Source: Mobula birostris
Lineage: Eukaryota
NCBI RefSeq assembly: GCF_030028105.1
Contig: NC_092372.1
Coordinates: forward strand, 90,772,687-90,836,686
Reading direction: 5' to 3'
DNA length: 64,000 nucleotides
Shown piece after piece: positions 63,151 through 64,000 of the stretch (position 1 is its first letter; every line of letters starts with the position of its first letter). A model generated the notes under the pieces. It saw only the letters and a list, made by a program, of their open reading frames with translations. It was not told the DNA's origin and ran no database searches. The translations under genes were made by a program, and so were the position numbers.

Positions 63151-64000
63151 AAGTAGAGAAAGACAGAAGTGGGAACTCCCACACTAAATAGTTTGCAGTA
63201 GGGAAGGAGACAATTTTATTGAGATGGAACAAGGTCACCTTTTGTATGGAGAGGACGGGGTCAGAAATGTACCTACAGCTTCCTTAGGGTTGGACAAGCT
63301 GTTACTAGAGGCAGCAAGGAAACTTATGGTATTGACGTGAAGAGGATAATCTGTCATTTGCGTATGTGTAGAACCAGAAAGTGTATGGCTATTCCATAAA
63401 TCCATTCATGATTATTGAAGGCAAAAATAGCTATCAAGAGTTCAAAGTCCAAAGTTAATTTTATAATCAAAGTACGTACATATCATGATATACAACCCTG
63501 AAATTCATTTTCTTGTGGACATACCAAGAAATCTATAAAATAGTAACTATAACAGGATCAATGAAAGATCATCCGACTGGGACATTCAGCCAGAGTGCAG
63601 AAGACTGTGCAAATGCAAATACAGGTAAATAGCAATAAACAATGAGAACATGAGGTGAAGTGTCCTTGAAATCATTATCATAGATAATAAATGTTAAGTC
63701 AATTTACCTCACAGACTACCTGCTGTTTATTGCTACAGGTTTATTTTATCCTGTCAATCATAAATAATAATCAATTATGACTTAGTTGCATTTATTGCAC
63801 TGATGGTGAATTTCATCCTTTGGACAAAGGTTACATACACACTAAACTGACATCTTCAGTTACAGCACAGTACCACTGAAAAATCAAGAGGGCACAATGA
63901 TTTTTCAGTGTGTAACATCTTTTCCTCTATGGAATAGACCACCTGATTACAAAGTACCTGCCCAAGCAATGTAATAAGGTCATATGTCACAGAAGGTTAA

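Overview
Repeat-dominated, AT-rich vertebrate intergenic or intronic DNA. The repeat set (HE1-like V-SINEs, CR1, Rex/Babar LINEs with TTCTGA tails, Penelope pLTR hairpins, a Deu-type SINE) points to a cartilaginous fish, probably a ray; this is inference. No host protein-coding exon can be supported, and all recognisable ORFs are transposon remnants. Main items: (1) a full-length Gypsy provirus (19283-23778, ACAGG TSD) whose primer-site position is a perfect 16-bp antisense copy of its own LTR poly(A) region and whose RT gene is internally permuted; (2) an older Mag-like Gypsy (~37124-46296, minus) hosting a Rex LINE, a solo LTR and a 5'-inverted RTE LINE with an 11-bp TSD; (3) a CORE-SINE sharing its 3' end with that RTE; (4) several solo LTRs with TSDs; (5) fold-back Penelope pLTR elements with minimal hammerhead motifs, one apparently enclosing a copy of nearby genomic DNA; (6) a tRNA-Gly(GCC) pseudogene. 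Boundaries of degenerate repeats are approximate and read by eye.
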